From Candidatus Enterousia sp. (GTDB lineage Bacteria > Pseudomonadota > Alphaproteobacteria > Rs-D84), in the NCBI GenBank assembly GCA_045613785.1, contig JAZLBQ010000004.1:64001-128000 (forward strand): a stretch of 64,000 bases of DNA, written 5' to 3'. Below, one piece after another: positions 56,290-64,000 of the stretch. Each line of letters begins with the position of its first letter. Position 1 is the stretch's first letter. The translations under genes and the position numbers were made by a program. The notes below the pieces were generated by a model. The model was not told where the DNA came from and searched no databases. It saw only the letters and a list, made by a program, of their open reading frames with translations.

Positions 56290-57807
56290 ATGATATCATT
56301 AAAGTCAATTATATTTCATGGCATTGATGCCACGCCTATAGATGTTCAAGTTCAGTTGTCAACTGGTCTGTCAAAGCCAGAATTTAACATTATCGGTCTG
56401 GCGGACAGGGCGGTCAAGGAATCAGCCGAGCGTATTCGTAATGTTTTGTCTGCATTAAATTTGTCATTACCGCCAAAACGGTTGACGGTAAATTTGTCGC
56501 CAGCAGACGTTGAAAAAACAGGTTCTCATTTTGATTTGCCGATATTGTGTGGGATATTGTGTGCGATTGGTGTATTGCCGGACACGGAACTTGAAAAATA
56601 CCTTATTTTAGGTGAAGTCGGACTAAATGGTGCTATTGTAAAAACTGATGCAGTCCTGCCTGCCAGTGTTTGGGCAAATGCGAATGGTCTGGGGATAATT
56701 TGTCCTGGCGATCAGGGGGCAGAGGCACGCTGGGCTGGCCACACAAATATATTAGCACCTTTTCATGTTCTTCAGTTGATAAATCATTTCAAGGGGACAC
56801 AAACGTTGCCAGTGCCAGAATTGTTATCGATTGCAGATGAGACGAACTGTGCCTTGGATATGTCCGAAGTTCACGGTCAATCTGCAGCCAAGCGTGCATT
56901 GGAAATTGCCGCAGCAGGTGGACATGCAATGTTGATGGTCGGGCCTCCAGGTTCGGGCAAGACAATGCTAGCATCGCGTCTGCCGACAATTATGCCCCAG
57001 ATGACCCCGACCGAGGTTTTGGAAACCTCAACAATCTATTCAATCGCAGGTCAGTTAAAATCAAATGGCTTGATGCGGAATCGTCCATTTCGCAGTGTTC
57101 ATCATACGTCCAGTCCTGTTGCACTGGCAGGTGGCGGTTCGGATGCACGACCTGGTGAGATATCGTTGGCACATAATGGCGTTTTATTTTTGGACGAATT
57201 GCCTGAATTTAATCGTGCAACACTTGAAATATTGCGTCAGCCAATGGAATCTGGTCGTATATTGATTTCACGTGCTCGTCGTAATGCGACATACCCTGCA
57301 CGTTTTCAGTTGGTTGCGGCAATGAATCCGTGTCCTTGTGGACATTTGGGAAATGCGGCACTGTCGTGTTCACGTGCTCCTCGTTGTGCTGAGGCATACC
57401 AGAACAAAATCTCTGGTCCATTGTTGGATAGGATTGATTTGCATGTTGATGTTGACGCTGTAAAGCCTTGGGAAATGACAAATGATGATGAGGTTCGTGA
57501 AACCAGTGCTGAAATTAGGGCTCGTGTTGTAGCTGCACGAACCCGCCAGTTAGAACGTCAAGGGTGTGTAAATGCCGCTTTGGACGGGGCGGAATTGGAA
57601 CAGTATACAAAATTGACATTACAGTTATCAGAATTTTTGAATACAGCCGCCGAAAAAATGGGAATGTCTGCCCGTGGGTATAATCGTATAAAACGCCTGG
57701 CAAGAACAATAGCGGATTTGCGTGGTGCAACGGATATAGAGATGACCGACCTGACCGAGGCTTTGTCCTATCGGCCCATAAATCGTGGTAAATATGGTGT
57801 AAAATAA
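56290..57807 (+). CDS. comM: ComM/YifB Mg-chelatase-like AAA+ ATPase
   Basis: VNLSPAD, GPPGSGKT, PGEISLAHNGVLFLDELPEF, AAMNPCPCG, SGPLLDRID. Confidence 0.96.
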   Translation: MISLKSIIFHGIDATPIDVQVQLSTGLSKPEFNIIGLADRAVKESAERIRNVLSALNLSLPPKRLTVNLSPADVEKTGSHFDLPILCGILCAIGVLPDTELEKYLILGEVGLNGAIVKTDAVLPASVWANANGLGIICPGDQGAEARWAGHTNILAPFHVLQLINHFKGTQTLPVPELLSIADETNCALDMSEVHGQSAAKRALEIAAAGGHAMLMVGPPGSGKTMLASRLPTIMPQMTPTEVLETSTIYSIAGQLKSNGLMRNRPFRSVHHTSSPVALAGGGSDARPGEISLAHNGVLFLDELPEFNRATLEILRQPMESGRILISRARRNATYPARFQLVAAMNPCPCGHLGNAALSCSRAPRCAEAYQNKISGPLLDRIDLHVDVDAVKPWEMTNDDEVRETSAEIRARVVAARTRQLERQGCVNAALDGAELEQYTKLTLQLSEFLNTAAEKMGMSARGYNRIKRLARTIADLRGATDIEMTDLTEALSYRPINRGKYGVK

Positions 57808-57830
57808 AAGGCAGATTTTTATCTGCCTTT
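57807..57830. terminator. Bidirectional terminator
   Basis: AAAGGCAGAT-tttt-ATCTGCCTTT overlapping convergent stops. Confidence 0.65.
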
Positions 57831-58424
57831 TTCTTTTGCTGCATTTATCCATTTTCTGATTTGGTGATTGGACAAATTAAATTCTTTAGCTGCTTTTGCC
57901 ACAGTTTTTTTCAGTGCAAAGCAAACGATTCTACTTTTTGTTTCATCGCTGTAATTGCGTTTTTTTCTTGTTTCATAGACTTTATATTTTGCGTTCCAAT
58001 TTCGTATTGTAGAATCTGGGACGTTGTATTTGCGAGCTGCTGCAACCGGGCCACGTGTCTTTGCAAAGTTCAGTATTTCCAAGATTTCGCTTTCTGACTT
58101 TTCTATGTGTTTTTTCTTTTCTTGAGGTTCTGTTTTTTTGCCTGTATAAATTTTTCTGGTTTCATTCCACTCTTGGATTGTCGCTACGTCCACGTTATAG
58201 AAACGCATAGCGTTGGTCAGACCTCGTTCTTCGGCAAAATTCAGAATTTCAATTCGTTGTTCTTCGCTAAATTTACGCATAGGGCGTATTTCGTAAATTC
58301 GATATTTTTTATTCCAGCGGATAATAGTGCTAGATTGTAGGTTGAAATGTCGTGCAGCACCAATAGTGCCGTGTTCTTTGGCCCAATTCAAAACTATGAT
58401 TTTGTATTCTTCTGTGTAAGTCAT
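57819..58424 (-). CDS. Protein with four tandem helix-turn-helix repeats
   Basis: Four units of [YF][ST]EE…ILN[FW]A…AAR.[FY]N[VL]..STI..W; start likely ATG 58424. Confidence 0.8.
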   Translation of the reverse strand: MTYTEEYKIIVLNWAKEHGTIGAARHFNLQSSTIIRWNKKYRIYEIRPMRKFSEEQRIEILNFAEERGLTNAMRFYNVDVATIQEWNETRKIYTGKKTEPQEKKKHIEKSESEILEILNFAKTRGPVAAARKYNVPDSTIRNWNAKYKVYETRKKRNYSDETKSRIVCFALKKTVAKAAKEFNLSNHQIRKWINAAKEKGR

Positions 58425-58512
58425 ATGCTGATTATAGCACATAATTGTTGTTTTGTCAACTTTTGAAAACAGTCTTATGTCCAAAATGTATCAGATGTGA
58501 TATGTTTGCAAT

Positions 58513-58812
58513 ATGTCAAATGAAGTCCAATATTTTTTGTCAGAAAGCAAAGATGGTTTTGATGCGATTTATAATGGTCAAAAGGTCGGCGAAATCACCT
58601 TTGTTCGTGTTGGTTCGGATAAATTGCTAATTGATTATACAAGTGTTGATCCAAACTATCGTCATCGCAATATTGGTTTAACGCTAGTTCGAAATGTAGC
58701 AAATATGGCACGAAATCAACATCGGCATATAATAACATTATGTCCGTTTGCACGTGCGATGTTTAATCGTTTTCCTGAATTTGATGATGTCCGTTTAATG
58801 AATGCGCATTAA
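58513..58812 (+). CDS. GNAT N-acetyltransferase, YjdJ-like
   Basis: VGEITF, IDYTSVDPNYR, LCPFARAMF. Confidence 0.88.
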   Translation: MSNEVQYFLSESKDGFDAIYNGQKVGEITFVRVGSDKLLIDYTSVDPNYRHRNIGLTLVRNVANMARNQHRHIITLCPFARAMFNRFPEFDDVRLMNAH

Positions 58813-58880
58813 ATTTGCCATTGCATAGATTGCGTAATTTTATTAGTATCTCAAATTGTGAAATCAAAGGGAAAGGGATT

Positions 58881-60260
58881 ATGCGTAAATTATCACGTTC
58901 TGCGTTAGTGTTTTTAGTTTTTCTGAACGGTTATGTCAGTTTATCGTTGGAATTGCTTGTTTTGCGTCAGTTGTCGTTCTATGTTGGCAGCAGTGCAGTT
59001 ATCACCAGCATCATAATGGCAATATTTTTAGGCTTTATGTCATTGGGCTATTTTATCGGAGAGTCTCAGCGAATTGACGAAAAAAAAATCGGTTCGATAT
59101 TGAATTTTAGTTTCTTGGTCATTGCAGGTCTTTCTGTATGTGCGGCCAGTTTCCCATTGATTACAAAATATTTCACTTGGTTATATGTTGGCGGTATAAC
59201 ATCTGGTGCGATACAAACGTTTATATATTCGCTGGTGTTCTTGTCTGCTGGTCCGTTTTTATTTGGTTTTAATACAACACTGTTATCACGGCAACTGCAT
59301 GCATATAACAAGAACTGCACAGGCAACATAATGGCGTGGGACACGATTGGATCTGTTTTTGGTTCTATTGCTACAACGTTGCTTTTAATGCCTTTGATGG
59401 GGGTAAATTACACGGTTGTTTTAATAACACTGATGGCGGTATTTGGTGCACTTATATTACGTCGTCGTTGGTGGGTTTGGATTGTTTGTGCGTTGATTTT
59501 TGCAGCATCTTGCTTTATCAACAGTAATAAATATCAGTTAAAAAAACTGGGGATTTTAGTAAATAATGCAAATTCAACGATTGTTGTTTCAGAAATAGGC
59601 TCTACCCGTATTTTGAATATGAATGGTCTGCCGATGTCTGTGTATAACACGGCAAATGGTTCTGTTGCAGAATACGTTGATTATTTGAATCAAAATTTCA
59701 TTTACACAATGCCCAAGAACAAAACACATAAAGTATTGGTCTTGGGGGCAGGGGGCTTTACGCTGGGTTTAAATGACGACCGTAATGATTATACTTTTGT
59801 TGATATCGAGCATACATTGAAAGATGTTTCAGAACGTCATTTTCTGGGACATCCCCTACAAGACAATAAAAAGTTCGTTGTGGCTGATGCCAGTCAGTAT
59901 TTGAAAAATACAGAAGAACAATATGATTTTATATTGCTGGACGTATATTCGAACTCGTATCAAGTTCCCGAAGATTTAATAACTGTTGAATTTATGCAGC
60001 GGATTAAATCACGTGTTGCTCCAAATGGTATAATTGCAATGAATATTGTTGTTGCACCAGAATTTAGCGATAAATATTCCAGGGTTTTTGATAATACGTT
60101 TAATGCGGTATTTCCGTATAATACCACTCGTCAGGTTCTAGGCGATTTTAATCCGTGGCATAACACGTATGGGCCATCAAATGTCTTGTATATATATTAC
60201 AATATTGAAAACGATGGGCGTATATATACGATAAACAAGACACCAGTGATATACGATTAA
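58881..60260 (+). CDS. Membrane-fused spermidine-synthase-like SAM-dependent transferase
   Basis: N-terminal TM bundle (TIGSVFGS), VLVLGAGG, VDIE, ADA, YDFILLDVY; start ATG 58881. Confidence 0.85.
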   Translation: MRKLSRSALVFLVFLNGYVSLSLELLVLRQLSFYVGSSAVITSIIMAIFLGFMSLGYFIGESQRIDEKKIGSILNFSFLVIAGLSVCAASFPLITKYFTWLYVGGITSGAIQTFIYSLVFLSAGPFLFGFNTTLLSRQLHAYNKNCTGNIMAWDTIGSVFGSIATTLLLMPLMGVNYTVVLITLMAVFGALILRRRWWVWIVCALIFAASCFINSNKYQLKKLGILVNNANSTIVVSEIGSTRILNMNGLPMSVYNTANGSVAEYVDYLNQNFIYTMPKNKTHKVLVLGAGGFTLGLNDDRNDYTFVDIEHTLKDVSERHFLGHPLQDNKKFVVADASQYLKNTEEQYDFILLDVYSNSYQVPEDLITVEFMQRIKSRVAPNGIIAMNIVVAPEFSDKYSRVFDNTFNAVFPYNTTRQVLGDFNPWHNTYGPSNVLYIYYNIENDGRIYTINKTPVIYD

Positions 60261-60285
60261 AAAAACGGGATATTCCCGTTTTTTT
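60259..60285. terminator. Bidirectional terminator
   Basis: A7-CGGGA-tat-TCCCG-T7. Confidence 0.75.
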
Positions 60286-60871
60286 ATTGATTTAAGTTCT
60301 CGGACACAAAGTTCCAATTTACCAGATTGTCCAGGAACGAATCGACAAAGTCTGCACGCTTGTTTTTATAGTCCAGATAATATGCGTGTTCCCATACGTC
60401 CAGGTTCAACAGTGGTTTCATATTGTTTGTAATTGGTGTTTCAGCATTTTTAGTGTTTATTATTTTTATCTCTTTACCATCACGCACCAGCCACGTATAT
60501 CCGCTACCGAACAGATTGGTTGCGGCATCTTTGAATTGTTTTTTAAAGCTTTCGGCACTGCCAAACTGTTGGATTATTTCGTCAGGGATTTGTGTTGCAC
60601 AGTTTGGGCACATGCCGCTAAAAAAGAATTGGTGGTTGTATATTTGTGCAGCGTTATTAAAAATTTTTTCTTGCTCAGGCTTTTTTGCGGACTCTTGGAT
60701 AATTTGCACCAAAGAGACATTTTCATAAGGCGTATTTTCAATAAGTTTATTCAAGTTATCGATATATGTTTTTACGTGTTTTCCGTGATGTGTCTGAATA
60801 GTTTCCTGAGAAATATAAGGTGCCAATGCATTTGTTTCGTATGGCAATGGGAATTGATTTAAATCAAACAT
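60284..60871 (-). CDS. sodB: Fe/Mn superoxide dismutase (Fe-type signature)
   Basis: HHGKH, FNNAAQIYNH, FGSGYTWL, DVWEHAYY. Confidence 0.95.
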   Translation of the reverse strand: MFDLNQFPLPYETNALAPYISQETIQTHHGKHVKTYIDNLNKLIENTPYENVSLVQIIQESAKKPEQEKIFNNAAQIYNHQFFFSGMCPNCATQIPDEIIQQFGSAESFKKQFKDAATNLFGSGYTWLVRDGKEIKIINTKNAETPITNNMKPLLNLDVWEHAYYLDYKNKRADFVDSFLDNLVNWNFVSENLNQ

Positions 60872-61002
60872 AAATTACCTCCTTTGACATATGTAATGAT
60901 GTGGATTCTGGTTAAAAATAACAACAGGAAATAATTATTAAAAAGCACTTGCACCACGATTAAAATATTTTCTATAATCGGAACATCGAAAGGAGTAAAC
61001 AA

Positions 61003-61593
61003 ATGAAAAAAACAACATTTTTATCAGCTATCTTAGGTTTGGCTTTCATTGGCAATGCGTCTGCTGCAGACATCACAATTTATCATTCTCCACACTGTCC
61101 ACATTGTCATCATGCACGTGAATTTATTTCCAGCACATTGATTTATGAATATCCAGAATTAAAGGTTACAGAAGTAAACGTTATGGAACCAGCAAATTCT
61201 GAAAAATTTCAGGCTGCTTTAACAGAATGTAAATTCGACAACGGTGGTGTTCCTGTAATTGTAATTGGCGACAAATGCGAACAGGGTTATGCAGACTTTA
61301 TGCAAGACACATTGCGTCAGCATATCGAAGTAGATTTGTCAGAAGAACAAAAGGCTGCTGCTGCTGAAAACAAGAAAGCAATGTCCGAAGACGCAGAAAA
61401 GTTCAAAGCAGAACATGCCGACCGTGTAAACGCAATTACAGAATATGCGGCCTCTGCCGAAGCGGTTGCAGAACCAGAAGTTGCCGAAACTGAAAAAAAA
61501 AGTGAAGGCAGCGTAGTTTGGTTCTGGGGTCTGTTGATTGTCTTGGTTGCAGGATTGGGCTATGTCTTGGTTCGCAAAGACAAACGTAAATAA
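61003..61593 (+). CDS. Exported thioredoxin/glutaredoxin-fold protein with C-terminal membrane anchor
   Basis: Signal peptide (ASA-AD), CPHC, GVP cis-Pro loop, C-terminal TM plus RKDKRK. Confidence 0.85.
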   Translation: MKKTTFLSAILGLAFIGNASAADITIYHSPHCPHCHHAREFISSTLIYEYPELKVTEVNVMEPANSEKFQAALTECKFDNGGVPVIVIGDKCEQGYADFMQDTLRQHIEVDLSEEQKAAAAENKKAMSEDAEKFKAEHADRVNAITEYAASAEAVAEPEVAETEKKSEGSVVWFWGLLIVLVAGLGYVLVRKDKRK

Positions 61594-61623
61594 AAATATA
61601 ACTAGGTTATAATCGGAACAGAT

Positions 61624-62388
61624 ATGTTTGATTTAACAACACTTGATTATATTTATGTTGCTGTGATATTGGCATCGACCGTCTGGGCAACAATTCGTGG
61701 TGGCGTGTATGAAACGATTGCAACGCTATCTTGGGTTGTTGCGGCGGTCACAGCCAGATTTGCATCACCATGGTTGGACAGACTGTTGCAAACATGGTTT
61801 GATTTATCTGAATCGACTGTTGGCACACTGGTTGCGTCATACTTTATTGTATTTTTTGCAATATTGATAACGGTTGGTTTTTTAAATCAAAAACTGCGTG
61901 AAAAAATTCAAGACAGCATTATGAATGTTACGGACAAAACATTAGGTGTGATTTTTGGAATTATCCGTGGGATTGTTGTCATGGGGATATTTTATTGGGG
62001 TGCGTTGTGGTATTATTCAGACACACCATTTTTACCACAATGGTTATCCCAGGCACGCACACGCCCAATAATGCAAATCACAGCATTAAAACTGGACGAC
62101 TGGTTTTTTCCGGGTCCTGAAAACAAATTATTGGCACGTGATATTGCAGGCACACATCAGGCGATTGAAATATATAATAATCTGATAAATCCGGCTATAT
62201 CATCTGGCCAAGATGCGAAAAATACAGAATCTGATACAGGTGTTTCAACTGATGCATCTTCAGAAGAAACTGGCTATAAATCATCAGAACGTGCAGCGTT
62301 GGAAAATCAATTGTTGCAAATAGAAACGGTTGCTCGTGCTGTTGAACAGCGAGAATCTGATGAAACTAAAAATTCTGTTGCTGAATAA
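61624..62388 (+). CDS. cvpA: CvpA (colicin V production) family protein
   Basis: LDYI…S…IRG…E, DKTLGVIFGIIRG. Confidence 0.88.
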   Translation: MFDLTTLDYIYVAVILASTVWATIRGGVYETIATLSWVVAAVTARFASPWLDRLLQTWFDLSESTVGTLVASYFIVFFAILITVGFLNQKLREKIQDSIMNVTDKTLGVIFGIIRGIVVMGIFYWGALWYYSDTPFLPQWLSQARTRPIMQITALKLDDWFFPGPENKLLARDIAGTHQAIEIYNNLINPAISSGQDAKNTESDTGVSTDASSEETGYKSSERAALENQLLQIETVARAVEQRESDETKNSVAE

Positions 62389-62412
62389 AAGTCGCCCAAT
62401 TGGGCGATTTTT
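62387..62412 (+). terminator. Intrinsic terminator
   Basis: TCGCCC-aatt-GGGCGA flanked by A and T runs. Confidence 0.65.
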
Positions 62413-62493
62413 ATTTTCTTGGAATTCATACCTGGTGTGTTGTTTGTAGATTTATTGTATCCTTTGGTTGTATTTATAACCAAAGGATAAAAA

Positions 62494-63015
62494 ATGTTAT
62501 TAAAGTCAAAAATTTGTTTTACTGCGGTTGTTATTTATGAAATCATCGCAGTGTCTGTTTTACATTTTCAGCGTTTATGTGATGCGATGTTTCCGACACC
62601 TTTTTGTGACAGTTGGTATCGTTATTTTCTGTTTTGTATAATTGTGCCATTGGTTGGGATACTGATATGGATGTGGATAAGTGAATTTATTCGTCTGCAT
62701 CGTCGTCGCAAATTTATCCGTCGTGCAAAAAATACGGTGTCTGGGATAGTATCCAGCGTTCGTGGCAAGATATCCGAACATTTTGATTCTCAAGATTTAG
62801 AAAGGATAATAACGGCGGCGGTTTTAATTGGAATCAAGCGGTATATTGATCGTCATCCAAATATTCGTCGCAATGTAAATGATGTGATTGGGTATGCAAA
62901 TGGAGATATAGAAATAGATTTGATGGACGACAGCGACGAAGTTTCTGTGCCAAAGCGTCGTATCCAGGCCAAGAAAAACAATCGGTCAAAACCGACAGGC
63001 AAGAACAAGAAATAA
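62494..63015 (+). CDS. Hypothetical membrane protein
   Basis: Two hydrophobic segments, SD AAGGA, charged tail. Confidence 0.75.
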   Translation: MLLKSKICFTAVVIYEIIAVSVLHFQRLCDAMFPTPFCDSWYRYFLFCIIVPLVGILIWMWISEFIRLHRRRKFIRRAKNTVSGIVSSVRGKISEHFDSQDLERIITAAVLIGIKRYIDRHPNIRRNVNDVIGYANGDIEIDLMDDSDEVSVPKRRIQAKKNNRSKPTGKNKK

Positions 63016-63042
63016 AAAATCCCCCGCATGGGGGAATTTTTT
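63014..63042. terminator. Bidirectional terminator
   Basis: A6-TCCCCC-gcat-GGGGGA-A-T6. Confidence 0.7.
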
Positions 63043-63499
63043 AATCGATAATTTCGGCCTTGATAATTTTATCAGGATTTTCGACCCGACCATTGTCCAT
63101 ATCATCGCCACGTTTGATTTTATCAACGTTTTCCATGCCAGAAATAACATTTCCCCATACTGTGTATTGTCCGTCCAAGAATCTGGAATTCTGGAAACAG
63201 ATAAAGAATTGCGAGTCTGCGGAATTTCTGTCTGCTGCACGTGCCATACCGACTGTTCCACGCAGAAAAGGTTCTGCGGAAAATTCAGCGGGGATACTAA
63301 CGCCACTGCGACCCATACCGTCCCCACGTGGACAGCCTGTCTGTGCCATAAATCCATCGATTACACGATGAAATTTTAATCCGTTATAGAATCCTGATTT
63401 TACCAGTTCTGAAATTCTAGCCACGTGCTTTGGTGCGACTTCTGGCAACATTTTTATTACAACATCACCTGTTGTTAGTGTTAGTTTAAGATTTGGCAT
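63041..63499 (-). CDS. Cyclophilin-type peptidyl-prolyl isomerase
   Basis: FYNGLKFHRVIDGFMAQTG, GTVGMARA, SADSQFFI, LDGQYTVWG. Confidence 0.96.
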   Translation of the reverse strand: MPNLKLTLTTGDVVIKMLPEVAPKHVARISELVKSGFYNGLKFHRVIDGFMAQTGCPRGDGMGRSGVSIPAEFSAEPFLRGTVGMARAADRNSADSQFFICFQNSRFLDGQYTVWGNVISGMENVDKIKRGDDMDNGRVENPDKIIKAEIID

Positions 63500-63519
63500 G
63501 TTTTATCCTTTTGTTTGTT

Positions 63520-63999
63520 TTAAAATCTTGTATCAATCAGAAAATTAGGGTTTTGAATTAGTTCACCCTTTGCAATCTGTTGATTGATTTTTTCTTGTTG
63601 AATTCTTCGTTGTTCGATGACGCTAATGCCATTTAGCAGTGCGTTTTGATTCATTTTTTTCAACAGTGAATCCATGTTCCCGGTTATATGTGCATTGGGG
63701 TGCGTTTTTATCTCTGTGACTTCACTTAAATCCGTCCCGGTTAAATCAATCGCTGGGACATTAGAAAAGTCCAAAACGCCACGCAGTCCCGTTACATTTT
63801 TCAATTCAACTTGTGATGCATTAGGGTTTGTTTTGATGCTTGCATCGCCCGACAATTTAACGTCACACATTCGCAATAAATCAACATTGCTTGCATCGAT
63901 TACACCATGAATATTGATAACGTCAAGTATAATAACCGATTTTGCATTTGGGTTCAGTTTTAATTGCTTTATTCCGATAATATTGTTCAGAAATATATC
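63520..63999 (-). CDS. 3' part of an LRR-like repeat protein entering from the right edge
   Basis: Frame stays open to the window end; ~42-aa repeat [IL]KxNPNA…GV[IL]D[AF]SNV…LS. Confidence 0.75.
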   Translation of the reverse strand, partial: DIFLNNIIGIKQLKLNPNAKSVIILDVINIHGVIDASNVDLLRMCDVKLSGDASIKTNPNASQVELKNVTGLRGVLDFSNVPAIDLTGTDLSEVTEIKTHPNAHITGNMDSLLKKMNQNALLNGISVIEQRRIQQEKINQQIAKGELIQNPNFLIDTRF

Positions 64000-64000
64000 T

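Noticed and set aside
57819-58424. IS3-family transposon
   Set aside because: No DDE OrfB, terminal inverted repeats or target duplication visible

Overview
Chromosomal window of a moderately AT-rich bacterium using genetic code 11. Gene order and sequences (tRNA-Trp-secE-nusG-rplKAJL-rpoBC, def-fmt-truA, lepB-rnc, olsB/olsA-like pair) point to a divergent, probably host-associated alphaproteobacterium. It resembles the uncultured gut Rs-D84/'Enterousia'-type lineages, but that is an inference. Most of the window is housekeeping. The unusual parts are: (i) a stand-alone, heavily remodelled VirB8-VirB9-VirB10 type IV secretion core, with a SPOR domain on VirB9 and Ig-like plus Cys-rich extensions on VirB10; (ii) tandem paralogous Cys-rich exported proteins and two large-insert beta-barrels; (iii) a 111-aa orphan ending in a built-in ssrA-like degron, under a promoter with a LexA-like box and divergent from an orphan mraZ; (iv) a shared AGGAA-N4-TTCTTA palindrome upstream of accessory genes; (v) small orphan repeat proteins (4xHTH, LRR-like solenoid) that could be secretion substrates. 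No CRISPR array, rRNA, integrase or intact transposon was seen. All family assignments come from motif recognition by eye, not database searches.
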